Part shown: positions 25,246 through 36,583 of the stretch, one piece after another | How the letters are laid out: each line of letters begins with the position of its first letter | Numbering within the stretch: position 1 is the stretch's first letter | Source: Leucoraja erinacea | Taxonomy: Eukaryota | Assembly (NCBI RefSeq): GCF_028641065.1 | Contig: NC_073389.1 | Span: 28,210,001-28,274,000 of the forward strand | DNA: 64,000 bases | Direction: 5' to 3' | The notes under the pieces: generated by a model | Database searches by the model: none | What the model was told of the DNA's origin: nothing | The model's input: only the letters and a program-made list of their open reading frames with translations | Translations under genes and position numbers: made by a program

Positions 25246-27895
25246 GATTTTAGCATTTGCTCTGCAATTAGCACTCTCTCTGCAATTAACATTTCAAAGT
25301 GGCAAGCTTTGCTCAGCCAAACGTATTCGGAACATTGGGATGTCCTGTGACTCATTGTCTGCAGTTACTACATCAATTTTCACCTGCTGAGTGTACTGAG
25401 TACCACCTCAAAGGGTGATGATGTTTATAGCTGAAAGGAATTGTCTGTATTCCCCAGACAATTACGACTGAACTGAGTGTTAAAACGACTGAACTGATAC
25501 CATTTTAACTCATTGATTGCCTTGTGGCCGCACAGACTGAAATGTGTACTCCTCTAATTTTGGAGAAATAAGTTGCCACTAATTTGCCTTCCAGAAAACA
25601 GACTTCAAACTGCAAGCCTAAAAAACATAGTTCAGACTATATTCTTAGCAGTGTAACTATTGAGTAGAATGGTTTAGGAATTCAATTTCAAAAATCACTA
25701 AAACTAACCGAGAGCAAAAAAAACCAAAGGAGTGAAACAAAGGGCAAACGCATGCCCTCTAGTAATTCACATTTCCACTGGGAGAAAATTTCTGACTACC
25801 TTTATCAATACCTATCATTAACCTTACAAAAATCTATCAGGACTCAACTTAGCCTCTGACGTTCCAGATAAAACAATCCAATTGTTAGCTCGTAAAACAG
25901 CTTCTCACTATGCAACCCGTTGAAACCTACCTCGGGTGTATCTGTGTGAAACTTGTTTTCTTCTCTCTGTGATTGGGTGGGTTACCTCTGGATGCTTCAG
26001 TTGGGAGGCTAATTAGCTGCTATAAATTGGCCCTAGTATGTAGTGTGGGGAGAATTGATGGGAATGTTGCACAGAAAATAAGTGGGGAAATAGGGCGTAA
26101 TGTGTTTCCAATGTTGTAAGGAAGTATGTAAAGTAAAAAGATGAATAGAATGTTCTGCTTTATGTCAAAGATTATAAAACAGTACAGGAACTGGCTCTTT
26201 AGATCTGCACATGATCCATATCCCTCCATTCAATGCATATTCATGAGTCTAACTAAAATCCTCTTAAATGCCAGTATTGTATGTATTTCCACCACCACCC
26301 ATGGCAGCACATTCCAGCTACTTCCCACTCTCTTTGTAAAATGAACCTGCCATTTTAAATGTTTCCACTTACGCTAAACCTCTGCTCTCTGGTAGTTAAC
26401 ATTTCCACTCCTGGAGACAGATTCTGATTTATCAATGCCTATCATTAACTTTACAAAAATCAAAGTCTCAACTTGGCCTCTGACATTCTAGAGAAAACAA
26501 TCCAAATTTGTCAAACCTTAAAAGTAATATTCTCTAATCCAAGTAACATCCTGGTTATGGGAGACACAAAATACTGGAGTAACTCAGCGGGCCAGGCAGC
26601 ATCTCTGGATAAGTGACGTTTGCGGGTTGGGACCCTTCTTCGATGTGATTGTATTGTCCCACCAATGTACATCGGATGCTGTAGATGAGGTGAGAGGAGG
26701 TGCATGTGAAACACTGTGTCACCTGGAAGGTCCCTGGAAGGAAATAACGGAGGTATAAGGACGCATTGACACCGTGGGCTGAGAGGCCTGTTTTTTACGC
26801 CATACTGATGATGTATGTATTATGTCAATTGTGTTTCCTATTGGATGTGGTACTTTAGACAGAAGCCTGTAGGTGGTACTGGTTTACACAGAATCCACCA
26901 GGAGGTAACACAGTTATCGAGTCATGCAGCATGGAAACAGGCTCTATGGCTCAAATTCGGCCTTACTGACGAGGGCACCCCACCCACTCTAGTCCCATTA
27001 TCTTGTACCAGGCCCATATGCCTCTAGATTGTTCCTATCCATGTGCCAGTCCAAATGCCTTTTAAATGTTATTACTGTACCTCACAGCTACTTCCTTAGT
27101 TTATTTTGTAGATACAGTGTGGAAACAAGCCCTTCAGCTAACCAAGTCCATTCTGAGTATTGATCACCCGTACACTAGTTCTATGTTATCCCACTGTTAC
27201 ATCCGATGAACTAGGGGTAATTTACCGAACTGTCTTAAGCAGAGAAATTTGAGGTACTGAAGATGTACTTGAGGTACGGAAATAATTGAGGTACTGAAGA
27301 TGATTCAAGGGGTTGACAAAACTGGCTGGAGAGAAACTATTCATTGTACTGAGTCCACAGCAAAGGCTCCCATAACCTCAAAATTCAAGCAAGAAGTTGA
27401 GGAATGGACATCACATGAAGGATAGGGATAATTGGGAACACTCTCCCAAACCATCCTGTGGAAATGTTTGTTATTTATTTTTGTTCGGCTAGGGTCTGAA
27501 GAATTACAGATAAAGATGCGCATTTGGAGTTAAAATACAGAACAGCCATGTTGTAATAAATTAGAGAGGCTGCATGACTAATTCCTGTAGTTCAATTCTC
27601 AAACTGGCAATAATTTGTTTAATGATTTAAGGCATTGTTTATTGGGGGTTAAGGATCATGCAGCACAGTTCAAATTCAGTAACCATCAACAACTGTCTGG
27701 AGAAGGAGATAAGACCTTTCAATTGCAAATACCAACATTTGGTAGCAATTAAATGCTCTCAGCAGGTGGGAATTGGTGGAAGCTGATTTGCGCCTCCTAG
27801 TCTCAAGGATATTTGAGACAAAATCTATTTGGCTGAGGGAAGGAAGCTATCTGAGTCTCAAACTCCTCCCCAGTATGAGGGGCTGCTCCTAAAAC

Positions 27896-27919
27896 CAAAT
27901 ATCCTATAGCAGATCTTTG
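27896..27919. mobile_element. 24-bp TIR remnant flanked by 8-bp TSD cctaaaac
   Basis: cctaaaac-caaatatcctatagcagatctttg-cctaaaac. Confidence 0.72.
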
Positions 27920-28077
27920 CCTAAAACTCTTAATTGAAATGCTAATGACAAAGTGAGAGAGAGATGAAATCACCATTCAGCAGAGTTGTTGAAGCTAATC
28001 TCAGACTGTAACTGGAGCTGGGCCTAGGCGCACACTGTCCTTCATTACACACCTCGTGCTTTGTGCTGGAGTCGGGG

Positions 28078-28360
28078 ATGGCTCGAGGTTCCCTCATTAT
28101 CTGTTTAGCTATGATTTTGTTTTCCCCCCTCAGCCTGTCTGAGCTACAGGACCCCCAGCTTCAGGAAAAGGCCTTTTTAAAAGCTTTGGGTTTAACAAGC
28201 CGGCCTCAACCCTCTGATCCAAGGCCTGTCCCAGTTCGACTGTGGAAGATGTTCCAGAGGAGATCCCGATCTCTCAGCGAGGTCGATTCTGGAGAGGACA
28301 TATGCAGAATGGATGAGCTGGGGGTAGAGGGAGACACCCTCCGCCATCTCCCTAATTTGG
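28078..28360 (+). CDS. Vg1/DVR1 (GDF1/GDF3 family) TGF-beta ligand, exon 1 (signal peptide and start of prodomain)
   Basis: ATG at 28078 in context gggATGG. Hydrophobic signal peptide MARGSLIICLAMILFSPLSLS, then FLKALGL...PVPVRLWKMFQRR...CRMDELGVEGDTLRHLPNL(G) |gtaag (phase 1). Confidence 0.9.
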
Positions 28361-28783
28361 GTAAGAGCCCATTATTGATGTGGTATGGAATGAAAGCTGT
28401 GGCGTTGAGGGAGGTACGGGTAGCTGGGATTAATGTGAGAGTTGCTGGGGATCTTGTTTCTGGGGTGGGAGTATCAGTCATTACAAAGGTGCTTCAGAGG
28501 GGTTGAACCTGGTGGTTGTTTGGGAGAAGGGTCTCGATTCCTGGAGACAAGTGTGCCAGTTACTAATGTTTGTTTCCTGCGGTGAATGTGCCGGTTACTG
28601 GGGTCGTGGTCTACAGGGGCCGGGGAGTCACGGGTTCCAGGGTCCATGTGTGATAGTCAGTGGGGTCGCAGATGTTGGGGGGGGGGTCCAGGCTTGAGAT
28701 CAGATTGGGTCTGTGGGACCCAGACTACACATCTCGCTGACCAGCTGTTCTGATAATTGCGCTTTGACCATCTGTTTCGTCAG

Positions 28784-29583
28784 GTGACTCAGACCCCGAA
28801 CTGGAATCGTCTCTTTCCTCTTGTGTGCGGAGGCAGCTTTACTTCAACTTGTCCGTGCTGGAAAACATGGAAGAGCTGACACTGGCTCAGCTGGAACTCT
28901 CCCTCCTTGGCGACCCCTATCCCTTCCCTGGTGTAGCCACAGTCTGCACTTTATCCATCTGGAGTTTGGGGGAGCCCTCCAGCTCCAGGCAGGAGCTTGT
29001 GGCTCTGCAGTCCTTTCAATCACTGCGTGGCTCCCTTTACTTCAACCTCACTCATATCTCCAGAGCATGGAGACACCAGCACAGCAATCAGGGGGCACTC
29101 CTGGAGATAGGCAGCACCTCGATTGGGGATCACCAGGAGCTTCACCCAGCTTGCAGCAGAATTGCCCAGGATCTGCACATCTCCCTGTTGGTGGTGACTC
29201 TGAATCGGGAGAAATGCAAAGCGTCCAGAAGGAAGAGGAGCTCCTTTCAGCTGCCACTTGCATTCAGCCGTGTCTGCAAACGTAGGAGGCTCCATATCCA
29301 GTTCAAGGATGTCGGTTGGCAACATTGGGTCATTGCCCCTCAGGGCTATATGGCCAATTATTGCCATGGAGAGTGTCCTTACCCACTGAGTGAGAGTCTG
29401 AATGGTACCAACCACGCCATTCTGCAAACGCTAGTACATTCCACTGACCCCGGGCAAACCCCACAACCCTGCTGTGTCCCCATTAAGCTCTCCCCCATTT
29501 CCATGCTCTATTATGATAACAATGAGAATGTCGTTTTGCGCCATTATGATGATATGGTGGTGGATGAATGTGGTTGCAGGTAG
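28784..29583 (+). CDS. Vg1/DVR1 (GDF1/3 family) exon 2: rest of prodomain, RRKR furin site and mature cystine-knot domain; 360 aa in total
   Basis: Acceptor tctgtttcgtcag|, in frame with ORF 28825..29583. RRKR is followed by [38 protein letters not shown]...[14 protein letters not shown]...[38 protein letters not shown], with all 7 cysteines. It closely resembles zebrafish dvr1/gdf3 and Xenopus Vg1. Exact orthology is not determinable by eye. Confidence 0.95.
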
Positions 29584-29827
29584 GATATTTTCCCTGGTGA
29601 AGATGCGTTTTAATTTGTAATTTTTAAGACCTAGTGCTTTTGGCAATGGTACCTTCCCCCACGGTGAACTTCTGTCTAATGTTTTGTTTTAGGTGGATGG
29701 TGGTGTGAATTGAATTTCATCCACCTGAATCGACATCTAGCATCATCCTCAAACATGTCCCCTTAAGTTAATTGTCGAATTAAATCATTTGATTCAAAGT
29801 TGTAATTATAATTGGAACTTGATTCAC

Positions 29828-30038
29828 AATAAACGTTTTGTTGTATTTCTTCAGCATAATGAACCGAAGTGTTAACGTTCACGTTAATGTACACATAAGA
29901 GAACTAGTGCCAATTGGCACACTGAATATTTCCTGGATGTTTTTGTTTTATTTCAGATATCCTGTATGAAGTGATTTTGCTTTAGTAACAGTACGGTCTT
30001 TGAGCAATTAGTAACTGTGGCAAGTTTATTGAAATAAA
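29828..30038 (+). terminator. Candidate polyadenylation signals of the Vg1-like gene
   Basis: AATAAA at 29828-29833, followed by U/GU-rich cgttttgttgtattt, and a second AATAAA at 30033-30038. Confidence 0.55.
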
Positions 30039-30472
30039 AGCAATTATTCCTCATTACCTATAGTTTGCAAGATTTTTCCTTTCAAGTACTAATCTTGTGC
30101 GATTTCCAAAAGTTGTTATTGAATTAACTTAGAGCATTAATTCATTTTGTGCATTCCGCTTAATACTAACTACACGATTAATGGTCTCGACCCGAAATGT
30201 CACCTATCCATGTTCTCCAGAGATGCTGCCTGATCTGCAGAGGTACTCCAGCACTTTGTGTTCTTTGTTATCAGAAATTCAATGTTCCATATAATAAATA
30301 CATTTAAAAGGGGGCAATTTTGTTTAGCTTTAATCTGGGCTAGCCTATTAGTATCTCAATTAAAGAATGGTCCTTAGGTTCTTTATCGGAACACCCTCGG
30401 GATGAGAAACAGGTGAGAAATCTGTTAAATGGAAAGATTTGAGAAGCTGGAATTATTCTCCACTGAGCAGAG

Positions 30473-32382
30473 ACATAGAAACATAGAAAATAGGTGCAGG
30501 AGTAGGACATTCGGCCCATCGCGCCTGCACCGCCATTCAATATGATCATGGCTGATCATCCAAAACAGTATCCCAACCCTGCCTGCTCTCCATAACCCCT
30601 GATCCCTTTAGCCACAAGGGCCACATCTAACTCCCTCTTAAATATAGCCAATGAACTGGCCTCAACTACCTTCTGTGGCAGAGAATTCCACAGATTCACC
30701 ACTCTCTGTGTGAAAAATGATTTTCTCATCTCGGTCCTAAAAGACTTCCCTCTTATCCTTAAACTGTGACCCCTAGTTCTGGACTTCCCCAACATCGGGA
30801 ATAATCTTCCTGCATCTAGCCTGTCCAACCCCTTAAGAATTTTGTAAGTTTCTATAAGATCACCCCTCAATCTTCTAAATTCTAGCGTGTACAAGCCAAG
30901 TCTATCCAGTCTTTCTTCATATGAAAGTCCTGCCATCCCAGGAATCCGTCTGGTGAACCTTCTCTGTACTCCCTCTACGGCAAGAATGTCTTTCCTCAGA
31001 TTAGGAAACCAAAACTGTACGCAATACTCCAGGTGTGGTCTCACCAAGACCCTGTACAACTGCAGTAGAACCTCCCTGCTCTTATACTCAAATCCTTTTG
31101 CTATGAATGCTAACATACCATTTGCTTTCTTCACTGCCTGCTGCACCTAAATGCCTACTTTCAATGACTGGTGTACCATGACACCCAGGTCTTGTTGCAT
31201 CTCCCCTTTTCCTAATCGGCCACCATTCAGATAATAGCCTACTTTCCTGTTTTAGCCACCAAAGTGGATAACCGCACATTTATCCACATTATACTGCATC
31301 TGCCATGCATTTGCCCACTCACCCAACCTATTCAAGTCACCTTGCAGCCTCCTAGCATCCTCCTCACAGCTAACACTGCCCCCCAGTTTCGTGTCATCCG
31401 CAAACTTGGAGATGTTGCATTCAATTCCCTCATCCAGATTATTAATATATATTGTAAATAGCTGGGGTCCCAGCACTGAGCCTTGCGGTACTCCACTAGT
31501 CACTGCCTGCCATTCTGAAAATGACCCGTTTACTCCTACTCTTTGCTTCCCTGTCTGCCAGCCAGTTCTCTATCCACATCAATACTGAACCCCCAATACC
31601 GTGTGCTTTAAGTTTGCATACTAATCTCTTATGTGGGACCTTGTCGAAAGCCTTCTGAAAGTCCAGATATAACACATCCACTGGTTCTCCCTTATCCACT
31701 CTACTAGTTACATCCTCGAGAAATTCTATAAGATTCGTCAGACATGATTTACCTTTCATAAATCCATGCTGACTTTGTCCAATGAATTCACCACTTTCCA
31801 AATGTGCTGCTATTCCATCTTTAATAACTGACTCCAGAATTTTCCCCACCACCGATGTTAGACTAACTGGTCTGTAATTCCCCGTTTTCTCTCTCCCTCC
31901 CTTTTTAAAAAGTGGGGTTACATTAGCTACCCTCCAGTCCTCGGGAACTACTCCAGAATCTAAAGAGTTTTGAAAAATTATCACTAATGCATCCACTATT
32001 TCTGCGGCTACTTCCTTAAGTACTCTGGGATGCCACTTATCTGGCCCTGGGGATTTATCGGCCTTTAATCCATTCAATTTACCTAACACCACTTCCCAGC
32101 TAACCTGGATTTCACTCAGTTCCTCCATCTCATTTAACCCCCAGTCCCTTGCTATTTCCGGCAGATTATTTATGTCTTCCTTAGTGAAGACAGAACCAAA
32201 GTAGTTATTCAATTGGTCTGCCATGTCCTTGTTCCCCATGATCAATTCGCCTGTTTCTGACTGCAAGGGACCTACATTTGTTTTAACTAATCTTTTCCTC
32301 TTCATGTTTTAACTAATCTTTTCCTCTTCATGTTTTAACTAATCTTTTCCTCTTCATGTTTTAACTAATCTTTTCCTCTTCA
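30473..32382 (-). mobile_element. Relatively young 5'-truncated CR1 LINE (about 1.9 kb of ORF2 RT plus 3' UTR)
   Basis: ORFs 31496..32305, 31252..31503 and 30556..31146 carry NYRPVSLTS, YLDFQKAFDKVPH, GVPQGSVLGP, KFADDTK and LEYCVQFW. Few disruptions; (ttctatgt)n tail at 30473. Confidence 0.95.
32279..32382. repeat. Four exact tandem copies of 26 bp (tgttttaactaatcttttcctcttca) at the CR1 5' junction
   Basis: Copies start at 32279, 32305, 32331 and 32357. Confidence 0.95.
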
Positions 32383-33407
32383 TAAAGGAGGAAAGGGACG
32401 CATAAGGGAAGTGAATGGAGAAGGTTAATTTTCCCAGGAACCGGGAGAAATCGGTTATTTTTTTTCAAATAAGGCCATGGCACCAGCACTTGTGTCTAAT
32501 TTCAAAGTTGACTCCTCTGACTGCTGCACTGATTTCAAAGTTGACCTCTGTGCCTGCAGCACTGCATGGGGAGAAAGGGACATCTGACAGCAAAGGTCTC
32601 CGTCAGCATTGTGACAATGAACCTCTGACAGGGCAGCACTGCACTGGAGGGGCACCTCCATGCCAGCTCCTTAAACACTGCAGTGAATGTCGATTTAGTT
32701 TATATGGCCAGTCTCAGGAGAGCCCATAACCTTGTGGTTCTGACCATGACTGAGGCAAACATTTCCTTATTTCCCTCTCTCTCTCTCTCTTTCTCTCTAA
32801 TCTAATCTTACAGTTTGATGCAGTCCTTCATCTGATCTTGGAAGCTAGAATGGGAAAACTGCTTTGCCCCGCACATGGAGTGATTAGATTCTGCACCGAT
32901 CCAGAGGAATGCCATTATTCACATATTCATCACAGTGACCTCTACAGGGTCAGAACAAGAAAAGGGGTGGAGAGCTATGTTCTTCGATTGATTGCTTATC
33001 ACTAGAGGATTATATAATGGTGTTTAATAAGCAGGGTAAAATATAAATCATACGCTGCTCTAATCTATTAAAGTCAACACCAGTTTCAGCTACAGAGCTT
33101 TTATGACAATTTCAAATCTATGCTGTGCCTCATGGTTGATAGGAAGTACATTACAGCCATACGTATTGTTTGCTGATTAAATTAACAAAGGGACAAAAAG
33201 ATTATTTGGAGGCAAGGTGACATGCATTTTCAAGAGCCAATGTCAATGAGGTGGATGGTAGAGCTATATTCACTGGAGCCACTATTTCACAACCGACCTG
33301 GAAACCGAATGTCACTCATTACAGACTTTTACACATCAGAAGCAGGACAGAACATAGCTGATCGTCCTTTTCTCTTCATCTCAGGGAATATAACTCCTCT
33401 TAAGTGT

Positions 33408-33700
33408 AGTTTAGTTTATGCTTAGTTTAGGGATACAGTGTGGAAACGTCCTTTTGCCCACCGTGTCCATGCCGATGATCGATCGCCTATACACTAGTTT
33501 TATCCTATACACTACGGACAATTTACAGAAGCTACAAACCTGTCTGTATATCTTTGGAATGTGTGAAGAAACCAGAGCACCTCGTAGAATACCCATATGT
33601 TCACAAGGAGAATGTACAAACTCCATACAAACAGCACCTGTAGTCACAATCGAACCCGGGTCTGAGCTGCACTCTATGGTAGCAACTCTACTGCTGCACA
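33408..33700 (-). mobile_element. HE1-like V-SINE
   Basis: (agttt)n tail, core, and tcgaacccggg B-box region. Confidence 0.72.
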
Positions 33701-34244
33701 ACTGTGCTTTTGGCTTTTTGTCATTAATCTGAGAGGACAGGCAAGGTCTCCATTTATGGCCTTCTGAATATTGATACCTTGGGCTGTGCTACAGTTGCTA
33801 TGTGATGTTATCAGACTTCTGACTGGTCTTTGAATCCATTTCACACAGATGGCGAGAAAGCATACCTTGAAAATCATCCCATCAATCCATCAGTCCACCA
33901 TCAGTCTGAAGAAGGGTTTCGGCCCGAAATGTTGCCTATTTCCTTCACTCCAAAGATGCTGCTGCACCCGCTGAGTTTCTCCAGCATTTTTGTGTACCTG
34001 GCGAGAAGGCAGCTTCACTGATGCATAAAGTGAGCATTTTTATTTTGTTTCTCCAAGGGATGTAGGCTCAGGTGGCTAAGGCAGCATTTTTTGACCATAC
34101 TTAATTGCTTTCCAATGAGGTGGCCAATGTAGAAGACAGATATAAGTTTGGGGCCATGGGTGAAAAGTATTGCATAGGGCAGTGCTGTGAAACTGCTTTC
34201 TGAGACAGTTTGTGGAGCTGTAACATGACATTCTGCACTCTAGA

Positions 34245-34975
34245 TAATAGACAATAGGTGCAGGAGTAGGCCATTCGGCCCTTTGAGCCAGCACCGCCAT
34301 TCAATGTGATCATGACTGATCATCCACAATCAGTACCACGTTCCTGCCTTCTCCCCATATCCCCTGATCCCTTTAGCCACAAGGGCCACATCTAACTCCC
34401 TCTTAAATATAGCCTGAATCTATAGAACATTGGAAAATGATCACCAATGCGCTCACAAAGTCTAGAGCCATTTCCTTAAGTACCCTGGGATGCAGACCAT
34501 GAGGTCCTGGGGATTTATCAGCCTTCAGTCCCATCAGTTTACCCAACACAATTTCCTGCCTAATGTGGATTTCCTTCAGTTCTTCCATCACCCCACATCC
34601 TCTGGCCACTACTACATCAAGAAAATTGTTTGTGTCTTAGTGAAGACGGATCCAAAGTATCTGTTCAACCCATCTGCCATTTCCTTGTTCCCCATAATAA
34701 ATTCACCCTTTTCAGTCTTCAAGGGTTCAACTTTGGTCTTAACTAATTTTTTCCTCTTCACATACATAAAGAAGCTTTTACTATCCTCCTTTATATTCTT
34801 GGCTAGCTTCCCTTCGTACCTCATCGTATCTCCCCGTATTGCCTTTTTAGTTATCCTTTGTTGCTCTTTAAACGTTACCCAATCCTCTGGCTTCCATCTT
34901 TGCCATGTTGTACTTCTTTTTTATTTTTATACTGACATCCCTTGTCAGCCACGGTCGCCCCTTACTCCCCTTGGA
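34245..34975 (-). mobile_element. CR1 LINE fragments (3' end joined to an internal ORF2 segment)
   Basis: YEGKLAKNIKEDSKSFFMYVKRKKLVK and KSPGPHGLHPRVLKE motifs, with 3' UTR at 34245-34412. Confidence 0.85.
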
Positions 34976-36425
34976 ATTATGAGAGACCAAGCCCGAGGGA
35001 GCATAGCAACAGAGGAGGTGGGAGGGAGGAACTTTAGCATTTTTCAGCTTGAAATTGTGCAATCTGGTGCATACTGTAGCGAGTCTTTTAACTTACACTT
35101 GAATGCAACATTTATGCTTTAATTTGGATTAGCTAAGAATAAGGTTAGGCTAAATGATATTCCTAATTACATTGCACAGTAAAGCCAGGCTCTGATCAAC
35201 AGGTGCTGCACATGAATGACTTTAGCATATTCATGTATGGAAATCAGATTATAATTCATGCTGTTATGCATATATATAGATAGAAAAACATAGAAACAAG
35301 GCTAGTGATGTTCAGTCTTAACAAATCTTCCTCTTCTGCACCAAGGGATAGCAAATCCCTGAAAAATATACGATCATACACAATAATAATGCAAACATTT
35401 TATGCAAGGCTCTTCCTATTGTTTGGACAAAATCACTTATTAATGCTTTATAACAGTTAAGTTACTTTAAGACCATTTCAGAAATTATGGCAGTCAATGA
35501 ACAATACAAATTAAAAGCAAACTAAAATAAAAAATAACATATTCCCTTTCCTGACTATTTTATAAGTATTTGAATGCTGTTTACAGAACAAAGCGATATT
35601 ATCTCAAGAATCAAAATGAGGAAAGAGGGAGCAAGTTTGCTTAAATGGTAATTCTAAGCCCATTCAGATCTGCATAGTCAGAATTACACAACATGCACAG
35701 GGCTTTTGGCCCAGTTTGTCCATACTGATCAAGTTGGCATTCTGGGCTAGTCCCATTTGCCTACATTTGGCTAATGTCCCTCAAAACCCAGCATATTGCA
35801 GAATAGAGGAAAACAGACTTGCAATAATCTTACATAATGAAACAGTTTTGCAACAGAGGGACTTCTACAACCTGAGCCAACATTCCATTCTTTTTGGTCC
35901 AGCAATAATCTACAATCTTTGTAGTGAGATGCCAATACCAAACTTGTGGGAGGATGAACAACTTCAGTAATGGAAACTGGTGTATTGCCTAACCCATACA
36001 GAAATAATCAGACCCATTATAATAGATCTTTAAAATAATTATCCACTCACTTTGTTTCGAATACATATGACCAGGGCCCTGTACAAGTGCAGACGGACCT
36101 CTTTGCTCCTATACTCAACTCCTCTTGTTATGAAGATTCACCTCATGCGTGTAGTTTGTGTGGGGATTCACCTGAGACATTCTGCAACCTTCAAACCTGG
36201 GGGCAGGACTGTACACTGAAGCTGAAGCAACAGCACCACCCTCCCCATAACAAAAGCCACTGTGTGCGTGTGTGTGAAAGCTGGTTCTCACCTGGTTAGT
36301 CCCCTCTCCAGCTGCTTCATCGCCACCATGTTGTCGGCGGCTGCACATGGACCAAGACGCGTCGTCACTGCCGTCAACCGACGTGCTTCCCCACAGACCA
36401 CACGGTTGTAAAGCTCGCTGGTAAT

Positions 36426-36457
36426 CAAAGATCATAGAGCGGAGCCCATGATCTTTG
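36426..36457. mobile_element. 32-bp TIR remnant with imperfect 8-bp TSD (ctggtaat/ctgacaat)
   Basis: caaagatcatagagcggagcccatgatctttg. Confidence 0.6.
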
Positions 36458-36484
36458 CTGACAATGTGGTGCAAAGAGACAAAA

Positions 36485-36583
36485 ACGCTGATCACAGAAT
36501 TTCTCACGACAGAGCATGAGAAATTCTGTGATCAGCGTGAGAGCGTAAGAATTGCCTGAAATGCGTGAGAGTTGGCAGCCCTG
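36485..36583. mobile_element. hAT-like fragment containing a perfect 22-bp inverted repeat
   Basis: acgctgatcacagaatttctca (36485-36506) / tgagaaattctgtgatcagcgt (36517-36538); ends agttggcagccctg. Confidence 0.5.

Noticed and set aside
28361-28506. C-terminal part of ORF 28063..28506 and its GTG start
   Set aside because: This part is intronic. The likely start is ATG 28078, and exon 1 ends at 28360.
32279-32382. CRISPR-like array of 26-bp repeats
   Set aside because: No spacers, the unit is CR1 sequence, and the context is eukaryotic.
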